64,000 nt of DNA from Ruminococcus sp. (GCA_045635685.1 JAZTWD010000051.1:83222-147221); one strand, 5' to 3'. Shown: positions 33,134-45,343, counted from the stretch's first letter. Notes: a model not told the origin generated them from the sequence alone. Numbers and translations: made by a program.

Positions 33134-33727
33134 ATGATTTATTCCCTAAGAGGTAACTTAATAGTAATGGAGCAGGGCTTTTCTGTTGTTGAGTGCGGTG
33201 GTGTTGGCTACAAGTGTTACACCAGCATAAACACCCAGAAAACCCTAAAGCTTAATTCTGAGGTTACCCTGTTTACGTATATGAGTGTCCGCGAGGATGC
33301 CTGCGAGCTTTTCGGCTTTGCTACAAGGTCAGAGCTTCAGTGCTTCAAGCTTTTAATCGGTGTTTCAGGTGTAGGCCCTAAGGTAGGCATTGCTCTTCTT
33401 TCTGACCTTACCCCTGAGCAGATCACCCTTGCAATTTCTGCAGGTGATGTAAAATCCTTAACCAGAGCTCAGGGGGTAGGCCCCAAGCTTGCATCCCGAA
33501 TTATTCTTGAGCTTAAGGATAAGCTTAAGGGCTTTGGTACTGCTGAAGCGGGCGTTGAGCTTAAAGGCTCTGTTATTGAGGATACAGGCAACATCTCAAA
33601 GGCGGTTGCGGCTCTTTCTGTTCTGGGCTTTTCTGCCGCCGATGTTACTCCTGTGCTTTCAAAGCTTGACCCAAACCTTACGGTAGAACAGCTTATAGGT
33701 GAAACCTTAAAGAAAATGGGTAGGTAA
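33134..33727 (+). CDS. ruvA: Holliday junction branch migration protein RuvA
   Basis: [40 protein letters not shown]. Confidence 0.95.
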   Translation: MIYSLRGNLIVMEQGFSVVECGGVGYKCYTSINTQKTLKLNSEVTLFTYMSVREDACELFGFATRSELQCFKLLIGVSGVGPKVGIALLSDLTPEQITLAISAGDVKSLTRAQGVGPKLASRIILELKDKLKGFGTAEAGVELKGSVIEDTGNISKAVAALSVLGFSAADVTPVLSKLDPNLTVEQLIGETLKKMGR

Positions 33728-33729
33728 TT

Positions 33730-34785
33730 ATGAGTCAGTTTAACTATAGCGAAGAATTCGATTTTGAAAACAGAATAGTAGATACAGCCGAAACTCCCGA
33801 GGATATTTTTGACGGCGATAATCCCTTAAGGCCCAAAACCTTTGACGATTATGTGGGTCAGGAAAAGGTTAAAGAAAACCTTAAAATTTTTATCGAAGCC
33901 GCCAAAAAGCGTGGCGAGGTTTTAGACCACGTACTTCTTTACGGTCCTCCCGGACTTGGTAAAACCACTCTTTCCGCAATCATTGCAAACGAGCTTGGTG
34001 TGAATATCCGCATCACCTCCGGCCCTGCCATTGAAAAACCCGGCGACTTGGCTTCTCTCCTTACAAACCTTAACGCAGGAGATGTGCTTTTTATTGATGA
34101 AATTCACCGCCTTAACAGATCGGTTGAAGAAATTCTTTATCCTTCTATGGAGGATTTTGCAATTGATATTATCACGGGTAAAGGTCAGATGGCGGCTTCC
34201 TATCATTTGCCGCTTCCTAAGTTTACTTTGGTTGGTGCTACAACCCGAGCAGGTCAGCTTTCAGCCCCTTTGAGAGACCGTTTCGGTGTTATTTCACGTC
34301 TTGAGCTTTACTCTCACGATGAACTTGCAAAAATTGTTACCCGCAGTGCAGGTATTTTAGGCATAGACATCGACGAAGAAGGTGCTCTGGAGCTTGCCTC
34401 ACGCTCACGCGGTACTCCGCGAATTGCCAACAGACTTTTAAAGCGCGCAAGGGACTTTGCTCAGGTAATGAGCGACGGAGTTATAACTGGCGAGGTTGCA
34501 AAAATCGCCTTGGACAGACTTGAGATTGACTCCTTAGGTTTAGACCAGAACGACCGAAGAATGCTTCTTGCAATGATTAATAACTACGGCGGTGGCCCCG
34601 TAGGACTTGAAACTTTAGCCGCCGCTATTGGCGAAGAGGCAGTAACAATTGAGGATGTTTACGAGCCTTATTTAATGCAAATCGGTTTTCTCAACCGAAC
34701 ACCCCGAGGCCGCTGTGTAACTGCCCTTGCATATGAGCATCTGGGTATTAAAGGCACAGTAAATACTCAGCAAACATTATTTTGA
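33730..34785 (+). CDS. ruvB: Holliday junction branch migration ATPase RuvB
   Basis: [40 protein letters not shown]. Confidence 0.97.
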   Translation: MSQFNYSEEFDFENRIVDTAETPEDIFDGDNPLRPKTFDDYVGQEKVKENLKIFIEAAKKRGEVLDHVLLYGPPGLGKTTLSAIIANELGVNIRITSGPAIEKPGDLASLLTNLNAGDVLFIDEIHRLNRSVEEILYPSMEDFAIDIITGKGQMAASYHLPLPKFTLVGATTRAGQLSAPLRDRFGVISRLELYSHDELAKIVTRSAGILGIDIDEEGALELASRSRGTPRIANRLLKRARDFAQVMSDGVITGEVAKIALDRLEIDSLGLDQNDRRMLLAMINNYGGGPVGLETLAAAIGEEAVTIEDVYEPYLMQIGFLNRTPRGRCVTALAYEHLGIKGTVNTQQTLF

Positions 34786-34818
34786 TATTAACGAAATTCA
34801 GTATAGGAGGATTTAACA

Positions 34819-36168
34819 ATGGGTAGATTATTTGGTACAGACGGCGCAAGAGGTATAGCAAATACCGAGCTTACCCCTGAGCTTGCTATGAATATTGGCA
34901 GAGCTGCCGCAATGGTGCTTATAAGCGATACTGTGGAGCATCCCACATTCTTAATCGGTAAAGACACCCGTCTTTCCGGTGATATGCTTGAAGGTGCACT
35001 TATTGCAGGCCTTTGCTCAGTAGGTGCAAACGTTGTGCTTTTAGGTGTTGTTCCCACACCTGCTGTGGCATACCTTATCAAAAAGTATAAGGCTGATGCA
35101 GGTATTATGATTTCTGCATCCCACAACCCCTTCGAGTTTAACGGCATTAAGATTTTCAACGACGAAGGCTACAAGCTCCCTGATTTACTTGAAGAGCAGA
35201 TTGAAGCCATTGTTCTTGATCACGAGTGTGATTATAAAGTATGCCGTGATTCAGATATCGGCAAGGTTACACGTAAGGATGATGCAGTAGACGATTATAT
35301 CGAGCACGTAATCAGCACAGTTGATTACGACCTTAAGGGTATGCGTATTGCTCTTGACTGCTCCAACGGTTCTTCATCCACAACTGCCAGAAAGCTTTTC
35401 GAAGCACTGGGTGCTGAGTGCCACGTTCTTTTTGACACTCCCGACGGCGTTAATATCAACGCAAATTGCGGTTCAACTCATATCGAGACCCTTCAGAGAT
35501 TTGTTAAAGACAACCACCTTGACGCCGGTCTTGCTTTCGACGGAGATGCTGACAGATGCTTAGCTGTTGACGATAAGGGCGAGCTTGTTGACGGTGACTA
35601 CATAATTGCTATTATTGCTGCCGACTTCAAGAGCCGCGGTATACTTAAGAAGAATACAGTTGTTTGCACAATAATGACCAATATGGGCTTCAATAAATTC
35701 TGCGAAGCTAATAATATGAACCTAGTTTCCACAAAGGTTGGCGATCGTTATGTTCTTGAGACAATGCTCAGAGAAGACTACAACATCGGCGGCGAGCAGT
35801 CAGGCCACGTTATCTGCCTTGATTATTCCACAACAGGCGACGGCCAGCTTACAGGTGCACAGCTTTTAAGCCTTATTAACCGCCGCTCTGCTAAGCTCAG
35901 CTCTATTGCAACTCTTATGGAGCGTTTTCCTCAGGTTCTCGTAAATGTTACAATCAACCCCGAGCTTAAAACAAAGTTCTACACAGACAAGGAAATTAAA
36001 GAAGAATTGGGCCGTGTAGAGGATATCCTAGAGGGAAGAGGCAGAATTATTGTTCGTCTTTCAGGCACAGAGCCGCTTGTTCGAGTAATGCTCGAGGGAG
36101 AGGATTTTGCCGAAATTACCCGTCTTGCTAACGAGACAGCAGCACTTATAAAGGATAAGCTTTCATAA
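34819..36168 (+). CDS. glmM: Phosphoglucosamine mutase
   Basis: FGTDGARG, MISASHNP phosphoserine motif, FDGDADR, GGEQSGH, RLSGTEP. Confidence 0.95.
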   Translation: MGRLFGTDGARGIANTELTPELAMNIGRAAAMVLISDTVEHPTFLIGKDTRLSGDMLEGALIAGLCSVGANVVLLGVVPTPAVAYLIKKYKADAGIMISASHNPFEFNGIKIFNDEGYKLPDLLEEQIEAIVLDHECDYKVCRDSDIGKVTRKDDAVDDYIEHVISTVDYDLKGMRIALDCSNGSSSTTARKLFEALGAECHVLFDTPDGVNINANCGSTHIETLQRFVKDNHLDAGLAFDGDADRCLAVDDKGELVDGDYIIAIIAADFKSRGILKKNTVVCTIMTNMGFNKFCEANNMNLVSTKVGDRYVLETMLREDYNIGGEQSGHVICLDYSTTGDGQLTGAQLLSLINRRSAKLSSIATLMERFPQVLVNVTINPELKTKFYTDKEIKEELGRVEDILEGRGRIIVRLSGTEPLVRVMLEGEDFAEITRLANETAALIKDKLS

Positions 36169-37031
36169 TGAGATGTACTGATAAATGGCTCAATTACGAG
36201 CTTTTGGACGCTTCAAACGGCGAAAGATTAGAGCGTTGGGGAGATATTATATTAATCCGCCCCGACACTCAGATAATCTGGAATACTAAAAAAACCGACT
36301 ACCGCTGGAACAAGGCTCACGCCCGTTATATCCGCTCAAATTCAGGCGGCGGTCATTGGGAATACTACAAAAAACTTCCCGAAACATGGAATATCAAATA
36401 TGACGACTTAGGTTTTGTAATAAAACCTATGGGTTTTAAACACACAGGTGTTTTCCCTGAGCAGGCTGTTAATTGGGACTTTGCTATGGATAAAATCAGC
36501 AAAGCAAATCGCCCTGTTAACGTACTCAACCTTTTCGGCTATACTGGCGGTGCAACGGTTGCTTGTCTTAAGGCAGGTGCAAGCGTTTGCCATGTTGATG
36601 CCTCAAAGGGTATGGTTAATATGGCTAAGGAAAACGCTGTGTTAAGCGGAGTTTCAGATAAACCTGTAAGATGGATTGTTCACGATTGCGTTAAGTTTGT
36701 AAACAGAGAAATCCGCCGTGGAAGAAGATACGACGCAATTATTATGGACCCGCCTTCCTACGGCAGAGGTCCAAACGGCGAGGTATGGAAGCTTGAAACC
36801 GAGCTTTTCCCGCTTTTGGAGCTTTGCAAGCAGGTTTTAACCGACGAACCCTTGTTCTTCCTGCTTAACTCCTATACTTCAGGTCTTTCTCCTGCTGTAA
36901 TGGAGTACACCCTCACAAGTGTGCTTGCTGATACATTCGGCGGTAAGGTAACCGCTGACGAAATAGGCCTGAGAGTAAGCTCCACAAATTTAGTTTTACC
37001 CTGCGGTAATACCGCAATCTGGGAGAGATAA
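36168..37031 (+). CDS. Class I SAM-dependent methyltransferase (RlmI/YwbD-like)
   Basis: FKHTGVFPEQ, VLNLFGYTGG, HVDASKG, IIMDPPSYG. Confidence 0.85.
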   Translation: MRCTDKWLNYELLDASNGERLERWGDIILIRPDTQIIWNTKKTDYRWNKAHARYIRSNSGGGHWEYYKKLPETWNIKYDDLGFVIKPMGFKHTGVFPEQAVNWDFAMDKISKANRPVNVLNLFGYTGGATVACLKAGASVCHVDASKGMVNMAKENAVLSGVSDKPVRWIVHDCVKFVNREIRRGRRYDAIIMDPPSYGRGPNGEVWKLETELFPLLELCKQVLTDEPLFFLLNSYTSGLSPAVMEYTLTSVLADTFGGKVTADEIGLRVSSTNLVLPCGNTAIWER

Positions 37032-37037
37032 TTTTAA

Positions 37038-37889
37038 ATGAATCAGATTGATGTAAAGGACCTTGTTTTCTCATATATGTCCGATGAAGAAGTACAACAG
37101 AATATTTGTGACTTTGTTATAAACGGGGTTTCTCTTACAGTTCATAAAGGCGAGTTTTTAAGTGTTATAGGTCACAACGGTTCAGGTAAGTCCACGCTTT
37201 CCAAGCATTTTAATGCTATTTTGCTTCCTACAGGCGGCAAGGTTCTGGTAGAGGGTATGGATACCTCAGACGAAGACAAATGCTACGATATCCGCCGTAA
37301 GGTGGGGCTTGTTTTGCAGAATCCCGATAATCAGCTCGTTGCAAGCATCGTTGAGGAAGATGTAGCCTTCGGCCCAGAAAACCTCGGCGTAGAGCCGAAA
37401 GAAATCCGCAAACGCGTTGATGAAGCATTAAAGGCTGTGGGTATGTACGAATACCGTACCTTTGCACCTCATAAGCTTTCAGGCGGTCAGAAACAGCGTG
37501 TTGCCATAGCGGGTATTCTTGCTATGAAGCCTGATTGTATTGTGCTTGATGAACCTACCGCTATGCTTGACCCTCAGGGCAGGGAAGAGGTGCTTACTGC
37601 AATCCATAATCTTAATAAAGAGCACGGCATTACAATCGTTCTTATTACTCACAATATGGACGAAGCCGTAACCTCTGACAGGGTAATTGTTATGGACGGC
37701 GGTAAAATCCTTACAGAAGGTACTCCCAATGAGGTGTTTTCGCAGGTAGAGCTTTTAAAGAAGCACCGCCTTGACGTACCCCAATCCACCGAGCTTTGCT
37801 ACAAGCTCCGTGCTTACGGTGTAGATATAAAAGAACTCCCACTTAATATTGACGATTGCGTCAAAACCTTAAAGGAGGTGCTTTTATGA
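37038..37889 (+). CDS. ecfA1: ECF transporter ATPase A1
   Basis: [27 protein letters not shown]. Confidence 0.93.
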   Translation: MNQIDVKDLVFSYMSDEEVQQNICDFVINGVSLTVHKGEFLSVIGHNGSGKSTLSKHFNAILLPTGGKVLVEGMDTSDEDKCYDIRRKVGLVLQNPDNQLVASIVEEDVAFGPENLGVEPKEIRKRVDEALKAVGMYEYRTFAPHKLSGGQKQRVAIAGILAMKPDCIVLDEPTAMLDPQGREEVLTAIHNLNKEHGITIVLITHNMDEAVTSDRVIVMDGGKILTEGTPNEVFSQVELLKKHRLDVPQSTELCYKLRAYGVDIKELPLNIDDCVKTLKEVLL

Positions 37890-38755
37890 GCATTCTCCGT
37901 ACCGAGAATTTAAGTTTAGTTTACGGCAAGGGAACACCCTTTGAGAAAAAAGCCGTAAATAATGTAAATATTGAAATTAAAGAGGGCGAGGTAATTGGTA
38001 TTATCGGCCACACAGGCTCGGGTAAATCCTCCCTTGTGCAGATGCTTAACGGCCTCTTTAAGCCTACGGAAGGCACAGTTTACTTCGAGGGTAAAGACAT
38101 TTTTGCCAATCCTAAGGAGCTGAGAAAATTCCGCTTTAATATCGGTCTTGTTTTCCAGTATCCCGAAAACCAGCTTTTCGAAGAAACCGTTGCCAAGGAC
38201 ATAGCCTTCGGCCCTAAAAATATGGGACTTTCCGAAGAAGAAATAGCCGAAAAGGTTAAGAAAGCCGCACGCTTTGCAGGTCTTAGAGAAGAACTCTTAG
38301 ATCGTTCTCCTTTCGACCTTTCAGGCGGCGAAAAACGTCGTGCCGCCATTGCAGGTGTTATTGCAATGGAGCCGAAGGTTCTTATTCTGGACGAGCCTAC
38401 AGCAGGTCTTGACCCTGTTGGTAAGGATGTGCTTCTTTCTCAGATTGAGTCTTACCATAAGGAATCAGGCAACACAGTTTTGCTTGTGTCTCATAATATG
38501 GAAGATATCGCTCGAATTTCTGACAGAGTCCTGGTTATGAATAATTCCCAAATGGTAATGTTTGATACTCCAGCCAATGTTTTCTCAAGAGCTTCAGAGC
38601 TTAAAGCTATAGGTCTGAGAATCCCCGAAATTACTGAAATTACAATTAAACTGAAAAATGCAGGCGTGCCTTTACCTTCAGGCATTCTTACGGTTGAAAA
38701 TGCCTTCAAGGAGCTTTGCAAGTTTATAAATAAAGGGGGTAATATTGATGCGTGA
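37886..38755 (+). CDS. ecfA2: ECF transporter ATPase A2
   Basis: [33 protein letters not shown]. Confidence 0.93.
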   Translation: MSILRTENLSLVYGKGTPFEKKAVNNVNIEIKEGEVIGIIGHTGSGKSSLVQMLNGLFKPTEGTVYFEGKDIFANPKELRKFRFNIGLVFQYPENQLFEETVAKDIAFGPKNMGLSEEEIAEKVKKAARFAGLREELLDRSPFDLSGGEKRRAAIAGVIAMEPKVLILDEPTAGLDPVGKDVLLSQIESYHKESGNTVLLVSHNMEDIARISDRVLVMNNSQMVMFDTPANVFSRASELKAIGLRIPEITEITIKLKNAGVPLPSGILTVENAFKELCKFINKGGNIDA

Positions 38756-39545
38756 TATTACATTAGGTCAGTATTTCCCCTCAAACGGCGTACTTCATAA
38801 ATTGGATGCAAGAACAAAAATCTTGTTTTTGGTAGGTTTTATTGTTCTTATTTTCTGCTCATTTAATTTCTACGCCTTAGGCTTGGTTGCAGCATTTACG
38901 ATGGTAACTGTTCTTCTTAGCAAGGTTCCCGTAAATATGTTTTTAAAAAGCCTTAAAACCATTATTCTTATTGTGGCCATCACTTCGGTTCTGAACCTGT
39001 TTTACGGCTCAGGTGAACCGATTTTTGAATGGTGGATTTTTTCCATTACCCTTAATGGTATTTTCAATGCGATTTTTGTTACCGTCCGAATTATATGTTT
39101 GGTTATTGTAAGTTCTGCTCTTACCTTTACAACCTCACCTACAGATATGACCGACGGTTTAGAGCGTCTTATGAAACCCTTGACGGTTTTCCACATAAGC
39201 GTTCATGAAATTGCTATGATGATGACAATTGCCCTACGTTTTGTTCCTACACTTTTAGAGGAGACCGACAAAATTATGTCTGCTCAGAAAGCAAGGGGAG
39301 CAGATATGGAAAGCGGCAACCTTATTAAACGTATCAAGGCACTTATTCCCGTTTTAGTTCCTTTGTTTGTTTCCTCTTTCCGCCGTGCCTATGACCTTGC
39401 AATGGCAATGGAATGTCGTTGTTATCAAGGCGGAAATGGCAGAACAAGACTTAAGCAAATGCACTTTACTAAAAAAGACGCCGGTGCTTTGGTTGTAATG
39501 TTATTATTGACTGCAGGAGTTGTACTTTGTGATATCTTCCTCTAA
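38748..39545 (+). CDS. ecfT: ECF transporter transmembrane component T
   Basis: LGQY, LDARTK, IALRFVPTL, AQKARG, AMECRCY. Confidence 0.93.
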   Translation: MRDITLGQYFPSNGVLHKLDARTKILFLVGFIVLIFCSFNFYALGLVAAFTMVTVLLSKVPVNMFLKSLKTIILIVAITSVLNLFYGSGEPIFEWWIFSITLNGIFNAIFVTVRIICLVIVSSALTFTTSPTDMTDGLERLMKPLTVFHISVHEIAMMMTIALRFVPTLLEETDKIMSAQKARGADMESGNLIKRIKALIPVLVPLFVSSFRRAYDLAMAMECRCYQGGNGRTRLKQMHFTKKDAGALVVMLLLTAGVVLCDIFL

Positions 39546-39552
39546 TGAAAAT

Positions 39553-40296
39553 TTGCGTAATATTTTAATTACAATTTCATATGACGGCTCAAAGTACCAC
39601 GGTTGGCAGATTCAGCATAATGCTGTTACTGTGCAGGAGGTATTCCAGAATGCCCTCTATGCAGTAATAGGAGATAAGCCTGATATTAAGGCTTGCAGCC
39701 GTACCGATTCGGGAGTTCATGCCGAAATGTTTTGTATCAGCACAAAGATTTCACACCCTATTCCTGCAGTAAGGCTCAAGGCAGCTCTTAACTCCCATTT
39801 GCCCGACAGTGTTGTAGTATTAGATGCAAAGGAAGTTCCACTTGACTTTCACGCCCGCTATAATGCAAAGGGTAAGCGTTATGTGTATAGAGTTCTTAAT
39901 AGAGCTGAGCGTGACCCTTTTTATATCGGCAGAGCTTTGCATTACAGATATAATATCGACACAGAGCTTTTGAACAATGCTTCTAAAGCCTATATCGGCA
40001 CCCACGATTTTACTTCCTTCTGTACCCTTGATAAAAGGGAAAAGGGCGATTTCGTTCGTACTATTTATGACTTTTCGGTTGCTAAAAAAGGCGATATTGT
40101 GGAATTTACCGTTGAAGGTAACGGTTTTCTTTACAATATGGTGCGTATTATGGTTGGTACACTTTTAAGTATCAATGAGGGTAAATTAAGCCCTGCTTCT
40201 ATCCCCGATATTATCAAAGCCGAGTCCAGAGACTCAGCAGGCCCCACAGCACCCCCTCAGGGCCTTTATCTTAACGAAGTTTTCTATGATTTATAA
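39553..40296 (+). CDS. truA: tRNA pseudouridine(38-40) synthase
   Basis: YDGSKYHGWQ, SRTDSGVHA, FHARY, GFLYNMVR, TAPPQGLYL. Start uncertain (TTG 39553 or slightly upstream). Confidence 0.95.
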   Translation: MRNILITISYDGSKYHGWQIQHNAVTVQEVFQNALYAVIGDKPDIKACSRTDSGVHAEMFCISTKISHPIPAVRLKAALNSHLPDSVVVLDAKEVPLDFHARYNAKGKRYVYRVLNRAERDPFYIGRALHYRYNIDTELLNNASKAYIGTHDFTSFCTLDKREKGDFVRTIYDFSVAKKGDIVEFTVEGNGFLYNMVRIMVGTLLSINEGKLSPASIPDIIKAESRDSAGPTAPPQGLYLNEVFYDL

Positions 40297-40314
40297 AGAA
40301 AGGAGGAACAGAAA

Positions 40315-41565
40315 TTGAAAAAACGTAAAATTTCTCCCCGTCATTATAAGGAGGAAATGTACGATACCAAGCGTGCAGTTTTAAGCTACGAACAGCTTCC
40401 GCTTGAGGATTATGACCAGAACGCAGGGGATAAGGAAAAGGACAGTAAAAAGGCTCTTTCCTATAAAAAAATTATCCTTGCATTTATGGTGCTTGTTCTT
40501 TTAGTGGCTATTGTTTTTGTTGTGTTTAACCGTTTTACCTGCTCAGGCTGTTCCTCTTATAATCTTACTTCGGCTAATTTTCCTGTTTCGCTTAAGGGTT
40601 CTTTGGTTTCAAACGGGAATTTCGATACATACAGCGGAGGCTTTGCCTATGTTTCCGATACCCATTATGTAGCTTATAATAACGACGGTGAAGAGGTGTT
40701 TACATCTCAGGTTTCCTTCAATAATCCCGTAATGAGGCTTAATCATAACTGTACGGCTGTTATTTATGACTTAGGCGGTCACAAATATTCTTTATATTCA
40801 GGCGAAGCGCTTGTATATACAGGTGAGACCGAGTCCAAAATGTACCTTGCCGATGTTACCGCCGACCTTAAGTTTGCCACAGTAACCGAAAGCCATGACT
40901 ACAAAGCTAAGCTTTCAGTATACAGCACGGTTGATACTCCTCTTTACGGCTATTCCTTTGAGGAATATTACATCACCGCAATGGCACTTAACTCTGATGC
41001 AACAGGTGCAATTGCCTGTGGCGTAACTGCCGAAAACGGCATTGAAAATAGCGTAGTTTACGTTTTCGATTTCACCGAAGAAAAGCCTCTGGCTTTCCAC
41101 GAAATTTCCGGTGATGTAGTTTTTGACTGCGAGTATCTTGGTGACGGTTCTGCCTGTGTAATTGGCGAAAATGCTTCTTATATTATTAACGGCAGAAACT
41201 TCTCTAAGCTTACCAAAAATTCATATTCTCAGATGACTCTTACATCATACGATATCAACACCGACACAGGCGAGCTTTGCTTAAGTCTTTCACGAAGCGG
41301 TGACGGCAGAAATTGTACAATTCAGTGTATAAATAAGTCAGGTGCGGTTGATTCAAAAATCGAAACCGATTATGCCGCTGATTATATATCATCCTATAAA
41401 AACAGAGTGGCAATCAGCGATTCATCCAATATTTATCTTTATACCCAAGGCGGCGAATTGCTTGGCAGTATAAAGGTTACTCCCGACAGCCGCCAGATTC
41501 GACTTATTGCTCCTGATGCATCGGTAGTTTTGGGACTTAAGGATATTTCACTTTATACTTTTTAA
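40315..41565 (+). CDS. Membrane-anchored extracellular beta-rich protein (DUF5711-like)
   Basis: TTG start after AGGAGG, charged cytoplasmic N-terminus, one TM, propeller-like repeats (YDLGGHKYSLY). Confidence 0.6.
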   Translation: MKKRKISPRHYKEEMYDTKRAVLSYEQLPLEDYDQNAGDKEKDSKKALSYKKIILAFMVLVLLVAIVFVVFNRFTCSGCSSYNLTSANFPVSLKGSLVSNGNFDTYSGGFAYVSDTHYVAYNNDGEEVFTSQVSFNNPVMRLNHNCTAVIYDLGGHKYSLYSGEALVYTGETESKMYLADVTADLKFATVTESHDYKAKLSVYSTVDTPLYGYSFEEYYITAMALNSDATGAIACGVTAENGIENSVVYVFDFTEEKPLAFHEISGDVVFDCEYLGDGSACVIGENASYIINGRNFSKLTKNSYSQMTLTSYDINTDTGELCLSLSRSGDGRNCTIQCINKSGAVDSKIETDYAADYISSYKNRVAISDSSNIYLYTQGGELLGSIKVTPDSRQIRLIAPDASVVLGLKDISLYTF

Positions 41566-41574
41566 AGGTTACAT

Positions 41575-42282
41575 ATGATTTTAGATATTGTTTCATTAAT
41601 AATAATTGTTATTTTTGTCATAATCGGAATAAAAACCGGAGCCGCAAAGGCAATATGCAGGTTGCTTGCGGTGATATCTTCCTTTCTTCTGGCAGTTTTT
41701 ATTTCGCACTTTTTGGCAGAGCTTGTTTATAATGCATTCATAAAACAAACAATAATTCATAATGCCAGCAGAGCCATTCATCACTCTGCACTAACCACAG
41801 CTGCACAGAAGGCATCCGACTTTATGGCTTCGCTTCCTGCTGTTCTTACTAATTCTCTTGCTTACTTCGGTGTTAACGAAGCAAAGGTTTCTGAATTATT
41901 CAGCACCTCTGCAACTTTAGCTATTGAAGAGGTTATTATGACTCCCGTTGTGGGTGTTATCTCAATTGTTTTCTTTGTTATTCTTTTTATAGTGCTTCTT
42001 TTTGTGCTTAAAAAATTTTTTGGCGGTATTTCAAAATTGTTCCGACTTCCTCTTATAAGAGTTGTCGATTCTATTGCAGGCTTTGTGTTGGGGATTTTAG
42101 AGGGTTTGTTGGTAGTATATATCTTAGCCTTTGCTCTTAAGCTTATAATTCCTCTTACAGGTGGCGACCTTTTTATACTTAACGAAGCCTACGTTTCAGA
42201 ATCTTTATTTTTCTCATTGTTTTATTTTGGCGGTTTAAATACGCTTATTCAAAGCTTTATCTATAGCTTTGGCAACATATAA
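41575..42282 (+). CDS. CvpA (colicin V production) family membrane protein
   Basis: MILDIV...G.K.G, VDSIAGFVLGILEG. Confidence 0.75.
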   Translation: MILDIVSLIIIVIFVIIGIKTGAAKAICRLLAVISSFLLAVFISHFLAELVYNAFIKQTIIHNASRAIHHSALTTAAQKASDFMASLPAVLTNSLAYFGVNEAKVSELFSTSATLAIEEVIMTPVVGVISIVFFVILFIVLLFVLKKFFGGISKLFRLPLIRVVDSIAGFVLGILEGLLVVYILAFALKLIIPLTGGDLFILNEAYVSESLFFSLFYFGGLNTLIQSFIYSFGNI

Positions 42283-42302
42283 TTTTTTGGGTGGGATATG
42301 AA

Positions 42303-42932
42303 ATGGATTATAATAAGTCCAATAAGGTAGATTGGGCATATATTTTTACCGTGCCTAATATACTTTGTTATTTCAGAATTGCTCTTATAGCCCCGATGCT
42401 CTGCTTTTTCTTTAAAGCACGCAGTATGGACTATGCCCAGGAGTATACAATCTCTGCAGCAGCATGCCTTTTGCTTTCGGGTCTGAGCGATTTTTTCGAC
42501 GGATTACTTGCCAGAAAACTTAATCAGATAACCGAGCTTGGCAAAATGCTTGACCCTGTGGCAGATAAGCTTACGCTCTTTGCTGTTGGTATTTGCGTTG
42601 TGTTTATTGAGCCTGCAGTAATCCCTGTAATTACCTTGCTTATTATAAAGGACTTTTTAATGCTTATAGGTGCCTCGTATATGCTGAAAAATCACGTTAA
42701 GCCCTGTGCATCAAAATGGTATGGCAAGGTAGGTACATTTTTATTCTATATCTCTGTAGGTCTTATTGTACTATTTGACCTTATCTTAGGTATGAGAGAT
42801 GAGTTTAAAATTTACGCCATTATTCTGCTGACTCTTACAGCAGTAATGATGATTTACTCACTTATACGTTATTCTATGTTTTTCCGTGAAATTATGAGAG
42901 CGGAAAAAGCAAACAAGGAGGCAACAAAATGA
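42303..42932 (+). CDS. CDP-alcohol phosphatidyltransferase (PgsA-like)
   Basis: TVPNILCYFR and signature DFFDGLLARKLNQITELGKMLDPVADK. Confidence 0.9.
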   Translation: MDYNKSNKVDWAYIFTVPNILCYFRIALIAPMLCFFFKARSMDYAQEYTISAAACLLLSGLSDFFDGLLARKLNQITELGKMLDPVADKLTLFAVGICVVFIEPAVIPVITLLIIKDFLMLIGASYMLKNHVKPCASKWYGKVGTFLFYISVGLIVLFDLILGMRDEFKIYAIILLTLTAVMMIYSLIRYSMFFREIMRAEKANKEATK

Positions 42933-45283
42933 TATGTTCAAAATGCGGCAAAAGGCCTGCGGTGGTCTTTGTCTCTGTAAATAAAGATGATGCCAATCCC
43001 AAGGGCTATTGCCTTACATGTGCTAAGGAGCTTGGCATTAAGCCTGTTGAGGATTTAATCAATAAAATGGGTCTTTCCACAGAGGATTTAGAGGCTATGG
43101 AAGAGCAGATGAATTCTATGATGGAAAATATGAACGACGGTGATATGAGCGAGATGCTCAACGCCATTAAAGAAGAAGGCTTGGTTGAGCAGATGCGTCT
43201 TGATGATTTTCAGAACGATAACGCCAACAAAGACGATGACGGCTTTTCTCCCGGCGGTGCATCCACTTTCCCTGCATTTTTCAACAACTTCTTTGGCGGC
43301 GGTAAAAGCGGCGACTCTGCTTCTCAGGGCAGTGCCAAGCAGAACAAAAAGCAGGAGAAAAAACAGAGTAAGGAGCGTCGCTTCTTAAATCTCTACTGCT
43401 ATGACCTTACCAGAAAGGCAAAGGAAGGCAAAACCGACCGCATAATCGGCAGAGATAAAGAAATCGAGCGAATTATTCAGATTCTCTCCCGAAGAAGCAA
43501 AAATAACCCCTGCTTAATCGGTGAGCCCGGTGTAGGTAAAACCGCTATTGCCGAGGGCCTTGCTATGCGTATTGCATCAGGGGATGTTCCTCAGCGCCTT
43601 AAGAATAAAGAAATTCACCTTCTTGACCTTACTTCACTTGTGGCAGGTACACAGTTCAGAGGTCAGTTTGAAAGTCGTATCAAAGGCTTAACCGATGAGG
43701 TAAAGGCACTTGGTAACATAATCCTCTTTATTGACGAAGTTCATAATTTAGTGGGTACAGGTGACGCTGAAGGCTCAATGAATGCCGCAAACATCTTAAA
43801 ACCTGCACTTTCCCGCGGTGAAATTCAGGTTATCGGTGCAACTACATTTAATGAGTACAGAAAGTATATCGAAAAGGACAGTGCTTTAGAGCGTCGTTTT
43901 CAGCCTGTTACAGTTGCTGAACCCGGTATTTCCGATACTATCGAGGTACTTACAGGTATTAAGGAGTACTACGAAATACATCACCGCGTTGTAGTAAGCG
44001 ATGATATTGTACGTAAAGCTGTTGTATTTTCCGAGCGATATATTACCGACCGATTCCTGCCCGATAAGGCTATCGACCTTTTAGATGAGGCTTGCTCCTG
44101 TGCAGGACTTCGCAACAAAGAGCTTGAGCGTTTTGATAAACTTAATGATGATAAACATAAATTTGAGGTTCAGCATTCTGAGCTTTCAGCTGCCGAAGAG
44201 GTAGACTATGAAAAGCTTGCAACTGTAAAATCAGAGCTTGCAAGAGTAGAGCAGGAGCTTTCCGCAATTGATGAAGCAAGTCTGATTAATAACGTAACTG
44301 AAGAGGACCTTGCTAAGGTAATTGAGCTTTGGACAGGTATTCCTTCCTCACGAGTTCGCGAAAACGAGCTTTTAAAGCTTGCCGATATCGACCTACAGCT
44401 TAAAGAAAAGATTATCGGTCAGGACGAAGCGGTAAACGCTTTAGCAAGTGCTATTAAGCGTAGCCGTGTTCAGATTGCACCCAGAAGACGCCCTGCATCA
44501 TTTATCTTTGTAGGACCTACAGGTGTAGGTAAAACCGAGCTTGTTAAGCAGCTTTCCCAGCTTCTTTTTGATACTCCCGAAACCCTCATTCGTCTTGATA
44601 TGAGCGAGTTTATGGAGAAGCACTCTGTCTCTAAAATTATTGGCTCACCTCCAGGCTATGTTGGTTATGATGAGGCCGGTCAGGTGACTGAAAAGGTTCG
44701 CCGCCGCCCCTATAGTGTGCTTCTTTTTGACGAAATTGAAAAAGCACATCCCGATGTTCTCAATATCCTTCTCCAGATTCTTGACGAAGGTAAGCTTACC
44801 GATGCACACGGCAGAGTAGTTAATTTTGAGAATACCGTTATTGTTATGACCAGTAACGCAGGCTCCAATAAACGTGAGAATGCCCTTGGTTTTGGTAAAA
44901 GCGAGCAGGATGCGACCCGCGAAAAGGTCATGAAGGCTCTTTCTGAGTTCTTACGTCCTGAGTTCTTAGCCCGCGTTGATGAGGTTATTGTGTTCCGTCA
45001 TCTTGAGGGTGAGGACTTGATAAAAATCGCTAAGCTTATGCTTAACGAGTATGTTCCCACATTAGAAGAAAAGGGAATCAAGTTCAGCTTCTCTGATGAG
45101 CTTTGCACCTTCCTTGCCGATAAGGTAAAGGACGGCAGAAGCGGAGCGCGTGACTTACGCTCTGTTATCCGCAAAGAGGTAGAGCAGAGAATTGCTGAAG
45201 AGATGATTATAAAGGGTGTAGGCAATATTTCAGGTATCCACGCCGATGTTAAAGATGGCGAGGCTTCTTTACAGATAATTTGA
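42929..45283 (+). CDS. Clp/Hsp100 ATPase with N-terminal zinc finger (ClpE/ClpC-like)
   Basis: CSKC...CLTC N-terminus. Two Walker A motifs GEPGVGKT and [15 protein letters not shown]-like, GSPPGYVGY. Confidence 0.9.
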   Translation: MICSKCGKRPAVVFVSVNKDDANPKGYCLTCAKELGIKPVEDLINKMGLSTEDLEAMEEQMNSMMENMNDGDMSEMLNAIKEEGLVEQMRLDDFQNDNANKDDDGFSPGGASTFPAFFNNFFGGGKSGDSASQGSAKQNKKQEKKQSKERRFLNLYCYDLTRKAKEGKTDRIIGRDKEIERIIQILSRRSKNNPCLIGEPGVGKTAIAEGLAMRIASGDVPQRLKNKEIHLLDLTSLVAGTQFRGQFESRIKGLTDEVKALGNIILFIDEVHNLVGTGDAEGSMNAANILKPALSRGEIQVIGATTFNEYRKYIEKDSALERRFQPVTVAEPGISDTIEVLTGIKEYYEIHHRVVVSDDIVRKAVVFSERYITDRFLPDKAIDLLDEACSCAGLRNKELERFDKLNDDKHKFEVQHSELSAAEEVDYEKLATVKSELARVEQELSAIDEASLINNVTEEDLAKVIELWTGIPSSRVRENELLKLADIDLQLKEKIIGQDEAVNALASAIKRSRVQIAPRRRPASFIFVGPTGVGKTELVKQLSQLLFDTPETLIRLDMSEFMEKHSVSKIIGSPPGYVGYDEAGQVTEKVRRRPYSVLLFDEIEKAHPDVLNILLQILDEGKLTDAHGRVVNFENTVIVMTSNAGSNKRENALGFGKSEQDATREKVMKALSEFLRPEFLARVDEVIVFRHLEGEDLIKIAKLMLNEYVPTLEEKGIKFSFSDELCTFLADKVKDGRSGARDLRSVIRKEVEQRIAEEMIIKGVGNISGIHADVKDGEASLQII

Positions 45284-45296
45284 TCTATAACTAATC

Positions 45297-45336
45297 AAAA
45301 ATCCCGACAAGTTTTAATCTTGTCGGGATTTTTTTA
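45297..45336. terminator. Bidirectional terminator
   Basis: AAAAATCCCGACAAG/CTTGTCGGGATTTTT. Confidence 0.85.
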
Positions 45337-45343
45337 TGTAATC

